A DNA stretch of 64,000 nt. Origin: Hypanus sabinus. Its lineage: Eukaryota. Made by a program: the position numbers and the translations under genes. Positions 1 to 11,169 of this stretch are shown piece by piece. Every line of letters begins with the position of its first letter. The stretch's first letter is position 1. The DNA lies in NCBI RefSeq assembly GCF_030144855.1, contig NC_082730.1, forward strand, positions 14,508,001-14,572,000. The letters run 5' to 3'. The notes under the pieces are model-generated. The model did not search any database. It had not been told where the DNA came from and saw only the letters and a list, made by a program, of their open reading frames with translations.

Positions 1-977
1 AAAGTAAGCAAATTATATTCAGAACTGAAATTCATGAAAGTGAGTCACAGACACAAAACTAGTCATCACTGCAGCCGATTCAGGACCCCTTTGATTCCAG
101 GTCGCAGACTCAGTTCAGGACAGAGATAAGTCAGCCTTGCAGTGTTTCAAGCTGAACACGGGCCTGTCTCTTGCATACAACATGCATTTCTGTACTCTTG
201 AAATTCTAAAGCTAATGATGACCGTAAGACATCAGAGCAGAATTAGGCCATTTGCCCCATACAGTCTGCTCTGCCATTCCATCATGGCTCATTTATTATT
301 CCTCTCAACCCAAAACACCTGCCAACTCCCACAACATTTCACACTCTTACTGATTAACAAATTATCGAGCTTTACTTTACTTTAAATATATCTTCTTCAG
401 TGACAAATTAAGCAAACTACTGAATAAGTTCATCCTCCATTTCTTTGTCCCTCATTATTAATTCTTCAGCATCATTACCCAGTTATCTGATATCCACTCT
501 TGCTTCTCATTTACTATTCATATATCTGAAATTATTTTATATTGTTGGCTGGTTTTACTTCATATTTCATCTTTTCGCTCCTTATGGTTTTCCTTGCTGC
601 CTTCTGTTGTTTTTGAAAAGCTTCCTTAACAAAATTTTTTGCTGTATCTGATGTCCTTCCTTCTGCTTTTATGGCAGTGTCGCTGTCTCACAACTCAACA
701 CGCATTCCAGCACCTTCAATGCAGAAGCCAGCTGTATGAATGGAATGCTCTCAATCTGTCTGGATGTGCAAGTCCAACTGTGTTTGAGGTGTTCCACATG
801 TTCCTGGAAGAAGTGACAGTCTTAACTGTTCTCTGCAGTTTATTTCTACCCCATGGAGGCTGCAATGTGTAGCTTCTACAAATGCAAAGAAATTCCTTAC
901 CCTCACTAGAAGAGCAGCAGTAACAGAGTAACAAAAATAAATATTTAAGTGTATCCTCACTTGAAATTTGAACTTAC

Positions 978-1298
978 CAGTGTCATTGTTTTTCGGTTCA
1001 TAATGACAGAACGTTCCATTGTTGAAGATTGTTACATCTACCATTCCACTGGATTTTTTTCCAAGGCTATTTGAGGCTCTGCAGTAATATTCATGGGTCT
1101 GCTTGTCTGAGGGTTGACAAGGTAGAACCAGTTCATTGGTGTCTGAGTTCTTTCGGTCCACAATTGAGTTTTTTACATGCCATGAGTACTGAATGGGAAG
1201 GGATCCTTGGAGAGACTCACAGGTCACTAACACTGAGGCCCTGAGATGTGAGACACTTGCTGGTGATGAATATCGAAGCACAGGAACAGACACAGGTT
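978..1298 (-). CDS. Receptor copy 1, C2-type Ig exon
   Basis: 321 nt, phase 1-1, tttccacag| acceptor and |gtaagt donor. EPVSVPVL...VTCESLQGSLPIQYSW...YYCRASN contains both Ig cysteines and the core Trp. Downstream exons are expected left of the window. Confidence 0.9.
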
Positions 1299-1350
1299 CT
1301 GTGGAAAGGAATTCAACAATCAGGCACTGAATAAACACCTGAAAATCAAG

Positions 1351-1918
1351 TACTCTACTGACAGTTTATTAGGTACACCTGCTCACCTGCTTGTTAATGC
1401 AAGTCCCTAATTACTCTATCATCTGGCAGCAACACAGTCCATAAAAGCATGCAGACATCATCAAAAGGTTCAGATATTGTTCAGGCAGAACATCAGAATG
1501 GGGAGGAAATGTGATCTTAGTGACCTTGACCATGGAATGATACTTGGTGCCAGAAGGGGAGATTTGTGTATCTCAGAAAATGTTGATCTCCTGGGATTGT
1601 CATGTACAACAGTCTCTGGAGATTAAAGAGAATGGTGTGAGAAACAAAAAATATCCCGTGAGCAGCAATTATGTGAATAAAATACCTTGTTAATGTGAGA
1701 TGTCAGAGAAGAATGGCCAGATTGGTTCGAGCTGACAGAAAGATGACAGGAACACAAATAACTATGTTTTATGACAGTGTTGTGCAGAAGAGCATCTGAA
1801 CACACAACACATTGAACCTTGAAATGAATTGGACATAGCAGCAGAAGACCATAAAGATACACTCAGTGGCCACTTTGTTAGGCATAGGAGGTTCCTAATG
1901 AAATGGCCACTGAGTGTT
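1351..1918. mobile_element. Tc1/mariner-derived non-autonomous element in intron 2 of copy 1
   Basis: Terminal motifs (c)actttattaggtacacc and cctaatgaaatggccactgagtg. Orthologous insertion at about 40920-41480. Confidence 0.7.
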
Positions 1919-2291
1919 TAAAGACACAACTTGTGAGTTATCCGTCAAATGTTTGGGAGGCTTTCAGGAGAAAATGAAATCATGACTGGGTTCAGTAACC
2001 TGCTGTAGAGACAGAAACATTTGGCACTGATATTAATGCAGAGAGAGTGAAGGATGGACAGGGTCTGGATAAAGATCTCGTAATCTGTGCTGAGACAGAG
2101 CAGAAGGAGGAGGAGATTGCTGTTCTTCAGACACATCCACGAGATTGGCATTTCTCCACTGTACAAGCTTAACCCTGAGATCAGCACATCGTCTCTCCCC
2201 AGGACATCTAATGCACTGATCCTTCCCAGAGGAAACATGGATGAGACATTTACTTTATGGAAGGCAGAAAGTCAATCCCTGAGAAACCTAC

Positions 2292-2612
2292 CATTAGATA
2301 CTTGTAAATGTACATTAAACATTGGATCAGAATCTCGTGTTGTAATTCCACAGCTGTACCATCCTGTATCTCCAGAGTGAAGAACCTCCATAGTAACAGT
2401 AAATATTCCCTGTACCGACTTATCTGTGATTGACACTCGTCCACTCCGTCCGTGTTGCCCTTTTGTTTCCACCATAACAGAACAACTGATAGTCCATCCA
2501 TGGCACCAATACTTTGCGTGCCAGCGGTACTTTGCTCTATAGTGACAATCGATTGTGATCGCTCTTCCCACAACTCCTTTTACATATTTCTCTGCCCACA
2601 ATGCACCTGAAA
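2292..2612 (-). CDS. Receptor copy 1, V-type Ig exon of a CD300/pIgR-like (MDIR-like) receptor
   Basis: 321 nt, phase 1-1, acceptor ctctcag| and donor |gtaggt. Encodes ITIDC (B-strand Cys), KYWCHGWTISC (C-strand Trp plus the extra Cys pair typical of CD300/pIgR V domains) and DTGWYSC (F strand). Confidence 0.92.
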
Positions 2613-2769
2613 CTGAGAGAGGCATTTTCAGATTTGAGTTAAAAGGAACAACTGAGGTAAACAGACATCTTTGAACACGACTGTAAAAACATGTCCAGGT
2701 CACATTCAACACATGCAGCCCATGATGCCACAGCCAATGATTTTGGTGTGAAGTGCAATCAGTGCTGTT

Positions 2770-2890
2770 ACTGTGTCAGTGCTCTCTCCCCTGTGTCAGT
2801 ACATTGTGGGTTCACTTCCCACTCCAGAGTCCTGAGCAGAAACCCAGGGCTGACCTTCCACTGCAGTACTGAGGGAGAGCGGCAATTCTG
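2770..2890 (+). mobile_element. tRNA-derived SINE 5' fragment (DeuSINE/SacSINE-like); paralog at about 42325-42450
   Basis: gtgggttca...cccactccagag...ctgcagtactgaggga resembles the SINE head. Confidence 0.5.
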
Positions 2891-3632
2891 AGTTTTCAGT
2901 TAACACTGATCATGTTTGTATTTCATATGTACACAAAGATACCAGTTAACTTATTTGGGATGGATGGAGCTGCTGTACACAGAGATTTGTGTGTGTAAGT
3001 TTCTTGTATTTCAGGGTTGAGTCGGAGGTTGGTAGGATCATTTGAGGGTATGTTTTAATTCTCTCCATGATGCCAATGACCTGAATCCTCCTCACTTACA
3101 GACAAGTTTATAAGCTGCAGAAAGAAACCCGTCACAACGTTTGAAACTGTGACCTCCAGTTCTGATGGAAAGTTTATATTTTGTACCTGTCAAGAATTTC
3201 TATGTGTAGTTAGAAGGTGGTGCAACAGTGGTCGTAACCGCTTTAGTGTCTAGAAATCCAGTTGTGATTTCAGTTTCTGCTGGGATAAATTGAGAATTTA
3301 AATCTAATTAATTATTTCTGGAATTAAAAGCCACATGTCAATAATGATAATAATTGAATACCAGACTCTCAAAATCTCATCAAGATCAGAAAGACCTTTA
3401 AGCACAGACATCTCTCACCCCTCCCCACTCTGGTTTACCTTTGGCTGCATGTCTAGTAATGTTCTTTACTAATTGCCCCACTGGAATGGCCCAGGAAAAA
3501 CACTGATATCAAGAGAATAATGTCAATTTTCATAGTGATTCTTGCAGAGTGAGATCAGATTCCAGCAATGGTAGTCCTGATGATTCCACTTAACAGCCTC
3601 CAGAACTTTTCTCCATCTGAACATTTTCTTCC

Positions 3633-4009
3633 TGTTGCACAGATGTGGTGGTGGATCAAACCCAGGTGCTGAACACGGGCGCGGAGGCTGAGGAGGGAGA
3701 CGCAGCTGTAGCGAGTGTGCAAAGGGTCCCAAGGGGGATTTTTCCCCAAGTCTTGGTCTTGGTCGATTATTCCAGAACAAGGCTAGACTGAGAACTGATT
3801 GCTCTAAACACCATGGAGGGAGGTTACTTGTACACAAGTTGATGAACAAACTGGCACCTTCTAGTACTGGTCACAGGACTCTTCGACTACTGTTTGATGG
3901 AATGCAGTTGTTCGTGATTATTGCAACCCGGGAATAGATTACGAACTAACAAGGTATTAAAGGCTAAATTCTTGACTAAGCCAGCCAGGTGCCAGAAGGG
4001 ACCATGATA
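3633..4009 (+). mobile_element. Solo-LTR-like insertion in intron 1 of copy 1
   Basis: Absent from the orthologous site in copy 2 (about 43165). Flanked by a CTTCC direct repeat (3628-3632, 4010-4014), begins TGT, ends ATA, CpG-rich. Confidence 0.6.
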
Positions 4010-4330
4010 CTTCCCCCACTTGGCTCCACATTATTCCCCTTTTCTCCTTTTCTGCTTCCACCTCTCACCCAGCTCCAAACTCCACCCCTTTTCCTCCTCA
4101 TTCTACTTGCCTGTCGTGCTTCATCCCTCCTCAGTCCCGAGCACCTAGTGGACCCAGTCTCACGCCTCACCCTCTCATATTTACACTGTCACCCTCTCCA
4201 CTCACACCTGATGCAGGGTCTTGACCCAAATCATTGACAATTCCACTCCCACTGACAGAAGCTGCTTGACCCACTGAGTTCCTCCAGGAGTGTACTCTCA
4301 ACTCCAGTTTCTGACACCTTTCATGTCTAC
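4010..4330 (+). mobile_element. Penelope-like element 3' terminal repeat; paralog at about 43165-43490
   Basis: Pyrimidine-rich body, degenerate ctgatg..gggtc..gaccc core, and the cctgctgagttcctccag-type tail seen throughout the window. Confidence 0.55.
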
Positions 4331-4416
4331 AGATATTCAAGTACTGTTCTGAAAATGGTGTACGATCCCCAAACCAACACTGATTATGCAAACGTCCAGA
4401 ACAATTTGACACTCAC

Positions 4417-4456
4417 CAGGTAGGAAACCGATCAGGAGAATCAATGTCCACATCAT
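4417..4456 (-). CDS. Receptor copy 1, leader (signal peptide) exon, MMWTLILLIGFLP
   Basis: aaaATGATGTGG start, hydrophobic 13-codon ORF, phase-1 donor CCTG|gtgagt. Joins the V exon in frame to give ...FLP-VSGALWAEK. Homologous exon at 43576-43612. Confidence 0.85.
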
Positions 4457-4515
4457 TTTACTTGCAGAGACCCAGCCAGGACCTGTCTGTCCTCAGAGAG
4501 AAATAACTGTGAAAT

Positions 4516-4584
4516 AAAAATGAGGAAGAAGGCAGCAGGAAATTTGATCAAAAAACAAAGGGTGACGCAACCAGTGTGTGGTTC
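4516..4584. promoter_or_regulatory. Candidate myeloid-type proximal promoter of copy 1 (PU.1/ETS, C/EBP-ATF-like and RUNX motifs)
   Basis: AAAAATGAGGAAG (4516-4528), CAGGAAAT (4536-4543), TGACGCAA (4563-4570) and TGTGGTT (4577-4583), 60-130 bp 5' of the ATG. Motif match only. Confidence 0.5.
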
Positions 4585-4834
4585 GTGAGAATCTGGAAAG
4601 CTTTTAGGTATATTTATCAAGATAGAAATACTTGAACAATATCTAAAGACTGAATGAAATGGTGAAAAGAGTTGAAATATTGGACACAAGCAACAGCAGA
4701 TGTTCTAATCTGAAAGAACAGTAAAAGGCTGGAGGCATCCTGAAACGGGATTAATCTGAAATTTTGACAACTCTGCCTCCACAGATCCCACATGCCTCCT
4801 GAGGTTCATCCAGAAGTTTTATTTTTTGCTTAAA

Positions 4835-5215
4835 TTAAAATATACTCACTAGAGTTTAGCAGAATGAGGGGGGATGTCATTGAACTCGATTGAATATTGA
4901 AAGGCTTAGTGAGAGTGGATGTGGAGAGGATGTTTCTTGCAGTAAGTGAGTCTACTACCAAACAGCACAGCCTCAGAGTACATGAACATTCCTATAGAAT
5001 AGAAATAAGGAAGAATTTCTTTAAACTTAGGGTGGTGAATCTGTGGAAATCACTGACACAGATGGCTGTGAAGGCCAAGTCATTGGATGTATTTAAAGTG
5101 GAGGTTGATAGGTTCTTGATTCGTAAATGCATCAAAGGATACAGGGGAAGGCAGGAGAATGGGGTCGAGAATGTTTAATTCTGAGCGCATGCCTTTTGGG
5201 TCTTATGGTCTTCTA
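4835..5215 (+). mobile_element. CR1 3' fragment (part of the duplicated module)
   Basis: GLVRVDVERMF...RKNFFKLRVVNLW ORF2 C-terminus. Confidence 0.75.
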
Positions 5216-6722
5216 ATACATGCACCAGTCTGGTGAATCTCTTCTGCAGCTTGAATTCTTGAATGCTCATTGATCGTCCTATACCAGACACCCTCTTCAA
5301 CACCTACTTTACCATGTCCCTCTGTTCTGAATCTCGGGGAGTTATGGACTTGCACCCCAGGATTTGTACATCGTTCTGGACTTGCCTTGATAATACAATC
5401 AAACACGAGGAAGACATGACGTGAGTCCTGATGAAGTGATTCAGCCTGAAAGGTCGATTGTTTACTCTTTTCTATAGATTCTGCCTGGTTGGTTGAAATC
5501 CACCAGTGTTTTCCCTGTGTTGCCATAATTTTTGAGAACTTGCTGCTGAGGAGGGAGCAAAGTGGGAAATGGGTGTGATGTAGAAGGGGCTTTTTATGCA
5601 AACTCAACATTCATACTTGGCTTCATTCTCTCTCCTCTTTGAACCTTGAAAGCTCATCTCTTCTGAATTCTATTCCATCTGTCAGTGCAATTTGGAGACC
5701 TCTGATGGGATTTCACTTTGCTTCAGTTAGATGTGTTGGGAAAACCTACTGAATGGAATTGCACATTCACACTGGTGTAAAATCCACATCAAATCCACTC
5801 TTAAAGGAAATCAACTCCTTTTGACTGTAAATGATCTGTGTGAGTAGCCAACCCCTGTAGCTTTTATTTCCCACAGAATAATAGAGCACTGTAAATAACA
5901 CTCACAAAATGCTGGTAGAACACAGCAAGCCAGGCAGCATCTATAGGGAGAAGCACTGTCAACATTTTGGGCCGAGACCCTTCATCAGGACTGTAAACGG
6001 ACAGTTAACACTTGTCAAATGAGAGAACATTTATATCTTTCCTATCTCACTCCCATGGTTTTGCTGACACCTGAAACTGCACACCTTTGCTTACCTTCTC
6101 AGTAGCTAGCTTTCCAATATCTCTGTTCACCTAGTTAGATCTTTCAATGTTACTCTAAGTGTGCTCTATCCAGGTTTATGCTGTACGATTCCCTGGGGCA
6201 GATGAAGTCTGAGTAGGGCTTCAGTAGGTAAAACAAGTCTCACATGTCACACATATTGGAGAAGTAATTCAGAATCAAATCTATGAAACCTTGACTATCT
6301 AAATCAATTCCATTGATGCTGACTGTCCTGCTGTTTTTCTCCAGCGTTTTCTGTCTGTTGCTTTTGATTTCATTGGAATTTGAGGATTGAAGCGGTCCAA
6401 GAATGTGGCTGATTTATTTTATTTGCTCATTTTGCTTTTGTTTATAAACACTTAATTTCACATTGTATAAAATAGATAAAAGATAAAATAATTCAGTATA
6501 CATAAAGAGCTTTTGTTACATTTGTTTTAGGGGAAAACAGTGGAGTATATCAGCCGTGAATGTATACCTGCTTAAATTCTGTACGTCTAGTATGAGTGCT
6601 ATTTCTATTGTATTAGTCACAGCTGCCATCTGTTTAACGTTCACCTTTAGCAAAGGATGTGGTTAGAACATCTGTCTAATTCATATGTCTTGCCAAACAG
6701 AATATAGAGAAATATAAACGGA

Positions 6723-7169
6723 TGTCACACATTGAGGGATCGTTCCTGTCTCTACATACAGACATGGCCCGTGTGAGGAGCGAGAGCCACTGAAGTGGGT
6801 CAATAGTTCACAGACTTTTATGTGAACAGAGATAGAGGGTACAAAACAATAAACACAAAGCCAAGCAGGACTGTTAGCTAAAACCCTCAAATGAGAAACA
6901 AAGACAACACTGCTCTGAAAGGAATAATTGAGTGTAAAACGTATACTGCTGGTCTTCAGAGTCAGTTGACCCGATAGTCCAATTTCTCAGGCTAGGCTGA
7001 ATGGAAACAGGCAACGAAACATTGCTGTGCTTTGCTCACGTCTCAACAAGCACTAAGATGAAAAGAATGGACTTAAATGCCATCACAATTAAATGATAAT
7101 TAACTGACATGTGCATATTCACCAGCACCACTGCTATCTCTGCTACAATGCTGAGTCCATGTTGTGACA
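6723..7169. mobile_element. Solo-LTR-like insertion
   Basis: TGTCACA...TGTGACA inverted termini. Absent from the paralogous modules at about 16860 and 23480. No clear target-site duplication. Confidence 0.5.
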
Positions 7170-9499
7170 GTTCTGGTCTCTTCCTGCATTGCCCCATCTT
7201 GGAAAACTTCTCAACAACCATGGTTCAATATGCTGATGAGAACAAGTGCAGAGATATAAAGCATCTTCAGCAATACATTTTTGTTTCAGCAACAAGATCA
7301 ATAAACAATAACAATATAGCAAAAAAAAGTGAAAAGGCCATTGTGTTTAATCTTAATTCTAGTCCTCTTCAGACCTGTAAATACAACGGTGGGATTGAAA
7401 AACGTTTTCCATTCTGTTGTTGAGAAGTTATCCAAGAGCTGTAGTGTTATAGGTTATTGACCGGACTGGACTTGGGATATGGTGAACTGTATTGAGCCTC
7501 TTCTCTTCGAAAGGATGTGCTGTAGATGGAGAGGGTCCAGAGCAGTTTCCCAAGAACAACCCAGAAAGGGTTAATGTATCAGGCATGTTTGATGGCTCTG
7601 GGCCTGTATTAGCTGAAGTTTAGAAGAATCACAGGGAGGGGATGGTTCTCATTGAAGCCGCTTCAATGTAAAAGGACAAAAACCTCGATATAGTGCAGGG
7701 AGAGGATGTTTCCCATAGCGGGAGAGTCCCTGACAGGAGGCTACTGATATGTGGAATTCATTGTCACAACAGTTGTGGAGGTGGGGTGGGGGGCAAGTCA
7801 TTTGGTACTTAGTAAGTGCAGGTTTATAGGTTTTTGATGAGTAAATATATGTCAAATTTATGGGGACAATAGGATTGAGGGGCATAATAAATCAGCCATT
7901 ATACAATGAGGAACAGAGTCAGTGGGCTGAATGGCCTAATTCTCCCCCTATATCTTATGGTCTGAAGTGATTGGACAACGCAGAGGGAGAGTGGACCAGT
8001 GAGTTTATGTGAGGCATACATTGGTACTTCCATTTATTCTGGTTTGTAAGATAAGTAAAGAGCACAGAAATTCTTATGGTACCTTTTGAGAATTGCATTG
8101 GGATTTCCTCACACAGGGAAAGTTTCTCTTTCAGAATTAGAATCAGGTTTATTTTCACAGTCTTCTGATGTGAAATTTGTTGTTTTGTAGCAGAGAAACA
8201 CAAAGCAAGTTCCTTCTTTCAGAACATTAACGAGCTCCGGTTTAACAAGTCAGATCACTGCTCCTGGCGTTATCTGCAGCTAATCAATACCCATCAGATA
8301 ACCTTGAGCTGAAGAGGTCAAGAGCTCCAAACAGACTCTGGTGTTACCATTTCACATCCTCACAGGGCAGGTGAAGAATATGATGTGATGTTTCTCCTTG
8401 TGATGGGGCATTTCAAAATTCAATATTGTAATTAAATTTATTTTCAAAGTCCATATATCTCGCCATTACAACCCTAATTTTAATTGCAAAAATGCAGTTC
8501 ACATTCTCTCATTTTCAAGACCCTTTATTGTACATTCATGGGTAACAGTCACAGATCAGTACTGAGAAAAGTTACACCTTCTATTTGCAGATTCACACCC
8601 TGATGACCGATGCAAGCTGCAATAATTTGCAACTCACTCATTTCAGCACCAACTTTTATCCCCATTGCTTGACTCCTTTACGACCTCTGTACAGTGACCA
8701 GAAAATGTCATGCTAGAGTCTCTTTCTCAATCCATTTCTACAAAATGCATTGTGATAGGTCAGTAATCATGCTCCTTATCAATGTTCAAAATCTACCTGG
8801 TAAATTTATGATCAATTACATTAATATCACCATATCCTCCCCTGGGATTCATTTCCTTGCAGACATTCACAGTAGGACAAGGAAATACAACAGAATCAAT
8901 GAAAACGACACACAGATATGGAGAAACAAACAATGTGCAAAAGAAGACAAATTGCGCAAACACAATAAATAAATAAATAAAACCACGACCGTGAGTTGTA
9001 GAATCTGTAAAGGTGAGTCCAGAGGTTGTGTTCAGAGATCATTTCAGTGTTGAGGTGACTGAAGTTATCCACCCTAGTTCAGGAGCCTGATGATCCTGAA
9101 CATATTGACATGGGTCTTGAGGATCCTGTCCCTCCTTCCCATTGGCAGCACTGACAAGAGAGCCTGTTTGGATGATGTGGGTCCTCGATGATGGATTCTG
9201 CTCTCTTGTGGCAGTACTCCTTTGTAGATGTGCTCACTGTGGGCTGGGCTTAACCTATCAACTGATCAGATCAGTCTTAACCAACCTCCACACAGACCAT
9301 CCCTGAATAATGAATAGGTCTGTTTATACAGGTGCCTATAGTCAATTTTACTCGTAAGTCAGAAAACACAATGGATATCACTCTATATATTATCCATACC
9401 TCCATAGTATTGTAATGGCAGGCATCAACTGCATATAAAACTGAGACAAAAGAGTCATTCTGAAAAGTGGAGAGAAAGAAAACTAGTTCTGTTACTTGT

Positions 9500-10110
9500 A
9501 GGAACATAGAACATAGAACATACAGCACAGTACAGGCCCTTCAGCCCACAGTGTTGTGCTAATCTATACCCCATGATCAGACTAGTCCTTCCCTGCTACA
9601 CAGCACACGACCCTCTATTTCCATACATATATGTAGGTGCATATCTAATAGCCTCTAAATGTCCTTATCATATCAGCCTCTAGTACCATGCCTGCAATGT
9701 GTTCCAGGAATCCGCCACTCTCTGTGTAAAAAAAATTATCTCTTACATCTCCCCTAAAATCTCCTCCACTCACCTTAAATGGATCTCCTCTGGCATTGGT
9801 CATTGTCACCATGAGAAAGAAGTTCTGCTTGTCCACTCAACCTATGCCTTATACACCTCTTCTGCAACACTCTATCAAAATATCTCCCACCTTCCTTTGC
9901 TCCAGAGAGAAAATCCCTGGCTCACTCAACATTTACTTTTCCTCATAAGACATGTTCTCTGATCAAGGAAGCATCTTGGTAAACCTCCACTGCACCCTCT
10001 TTGTTTCATTTCCCAATACCAAATCAAGTACAACCTCTCCTCTTGTAGGCTTATCTACATAAGATGAATTGTGAGACGGGCATGGCATTTTTACAAGTAA
10101 CAGAGTGTGA
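9500..10110 (-). mobile_element. CR1 3' end plus ORF2 fragment
   Basis: aacatagaa tail and VDKPTRGEVVLDLVLGNE. Confidence 0.7.
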
Positions 10111-10985
10111 AGAGGTATATTCCAGGTAGCTGTGAATATCCCTGGGTATATAATAGACATCGGTAGTAAAACTGTCACCAGAGATAGAGAGATTGAGAAA
10201 GGCGAGGGAAGCGTTGGAAATTATCCAGGTAAATTTGAGGGCAGGGTGGAAGTTGGAGTCAAAGCTGATGATGTCATCAAGCTCTGCATGGATGCAGGAA
10301 GCAGCACCAATGAAGTCACCGATGTAGTGTAGGAAAAGTGGAGGATGGACACTAGTTTAGGCTTAGATCATAGACTGTTCCACGTAGAGAACAAAAGGGC
10401 AAGCATAGCTGGGACCCATGTGAGTGCCATGGAAACACATTTTGTTTGAAGGAAGTGGGAAGAGCCAAAGGAGAAATGATTAAGAGTGAGGTTCAAGTTC
10501 CATTAGACAGTGGAGAGAGGGGCTGGAGGGGAATGGTTGGGTTTGGTGTCCAGAAAGAAAGAGAGAGCTTCTGGACCATCCTGTGAGGGGAAGGATGTAC
10601 AGTATATAGGGACTGGACAGCCACAGTGAAACTAAGATGATGGGGGGCAGGGAACGTGAAATCATTCAAAAGATCCAGAGCATGTGAAGTGCCACAGATA
10701 TAGGTAGGAAGGGACTGAACTAGAGGGGATAATGCAGAGTTGAAGTATACAGATTTGAGCTGAGTGGGGATGGAACAATCTAAAACAATGGGTCTCTATG
10801 GACAAGCAGATTTGTGGATCTTGGATAGGAGGTAGCAACAGGAGGTTTGGGGTGTGGGAACTATGAGCTTGGTGGCAATGTATGGGATATCAACAGAGCT
10901 AATAAGCTCAATGATGGTGTGGGCTCCAGAGAGGGATCTTGTTCAAGGGGTATGTAAAAGGAGGTGTCTGAGAAATGTTGCCCTT
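10110..10985 (-). mobile_element. Penelope-like retroelement RT fragment
   Basis: Minus strand with frameshifts reads NHFSFGSSHFLQTK.VSM..HMGPSYACPFV..VEQSM and YIGDFIG (degenerate YIDD). Confidence 0.75.
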
Positions 10986-11169
10986 TATTCAGATAACGTA
11001 ACAAATATCACTGAATATGTATCAATACTTCCATGATATTGTAATTAAAGACATCAACTGCATATAAAACTGAGAAGAAAGAGTAATTCTGAGAAGTGGA
11101 GAGAAAGAAAACTAGTTCTGTTATTTGTAGAAAGAACATATATCAGTACAGCACATTACGGGCCCTCCG

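Larger units (their letters stand above)
4800..9520. repeat. Segmental duplication module A (about 4.7 kb); paralogs B about 15240-19970, C about 23170-25570 (right part), D about 43890-46330 plus 47640-48090, and a fragment at about 11000-11170
   Basis: The same ordered series of non-repeat blocks and shared repeat junctions appears in each copy. Confidence 0.85.

Noticed and set aside
1945-2238. Intron-2 ORF with LLLLLLCL and an alternative Pro-rich frame
   Set aside because: Copy 2 has stops in the corresponding frames and there is no convincing splice pair.
4331-4419. Plus-strand exon-like segment encoding YSSTVLKMVYDPQTNTDYANV (ITSM-like TxYxxV)
   Set aside because: It is the antisense of the leader donor and the start of intron 1. 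The apparent donor is GC in copy 2, and no other plus-strand gene parts exist.
8560-8700. SCNNLQLTH resembling a TLR N-terminal cap, and a short minus-strand ORF ending STDL*
   Set aside because: Too short, with non-triplet indels between module copies and no continuing LRR array.
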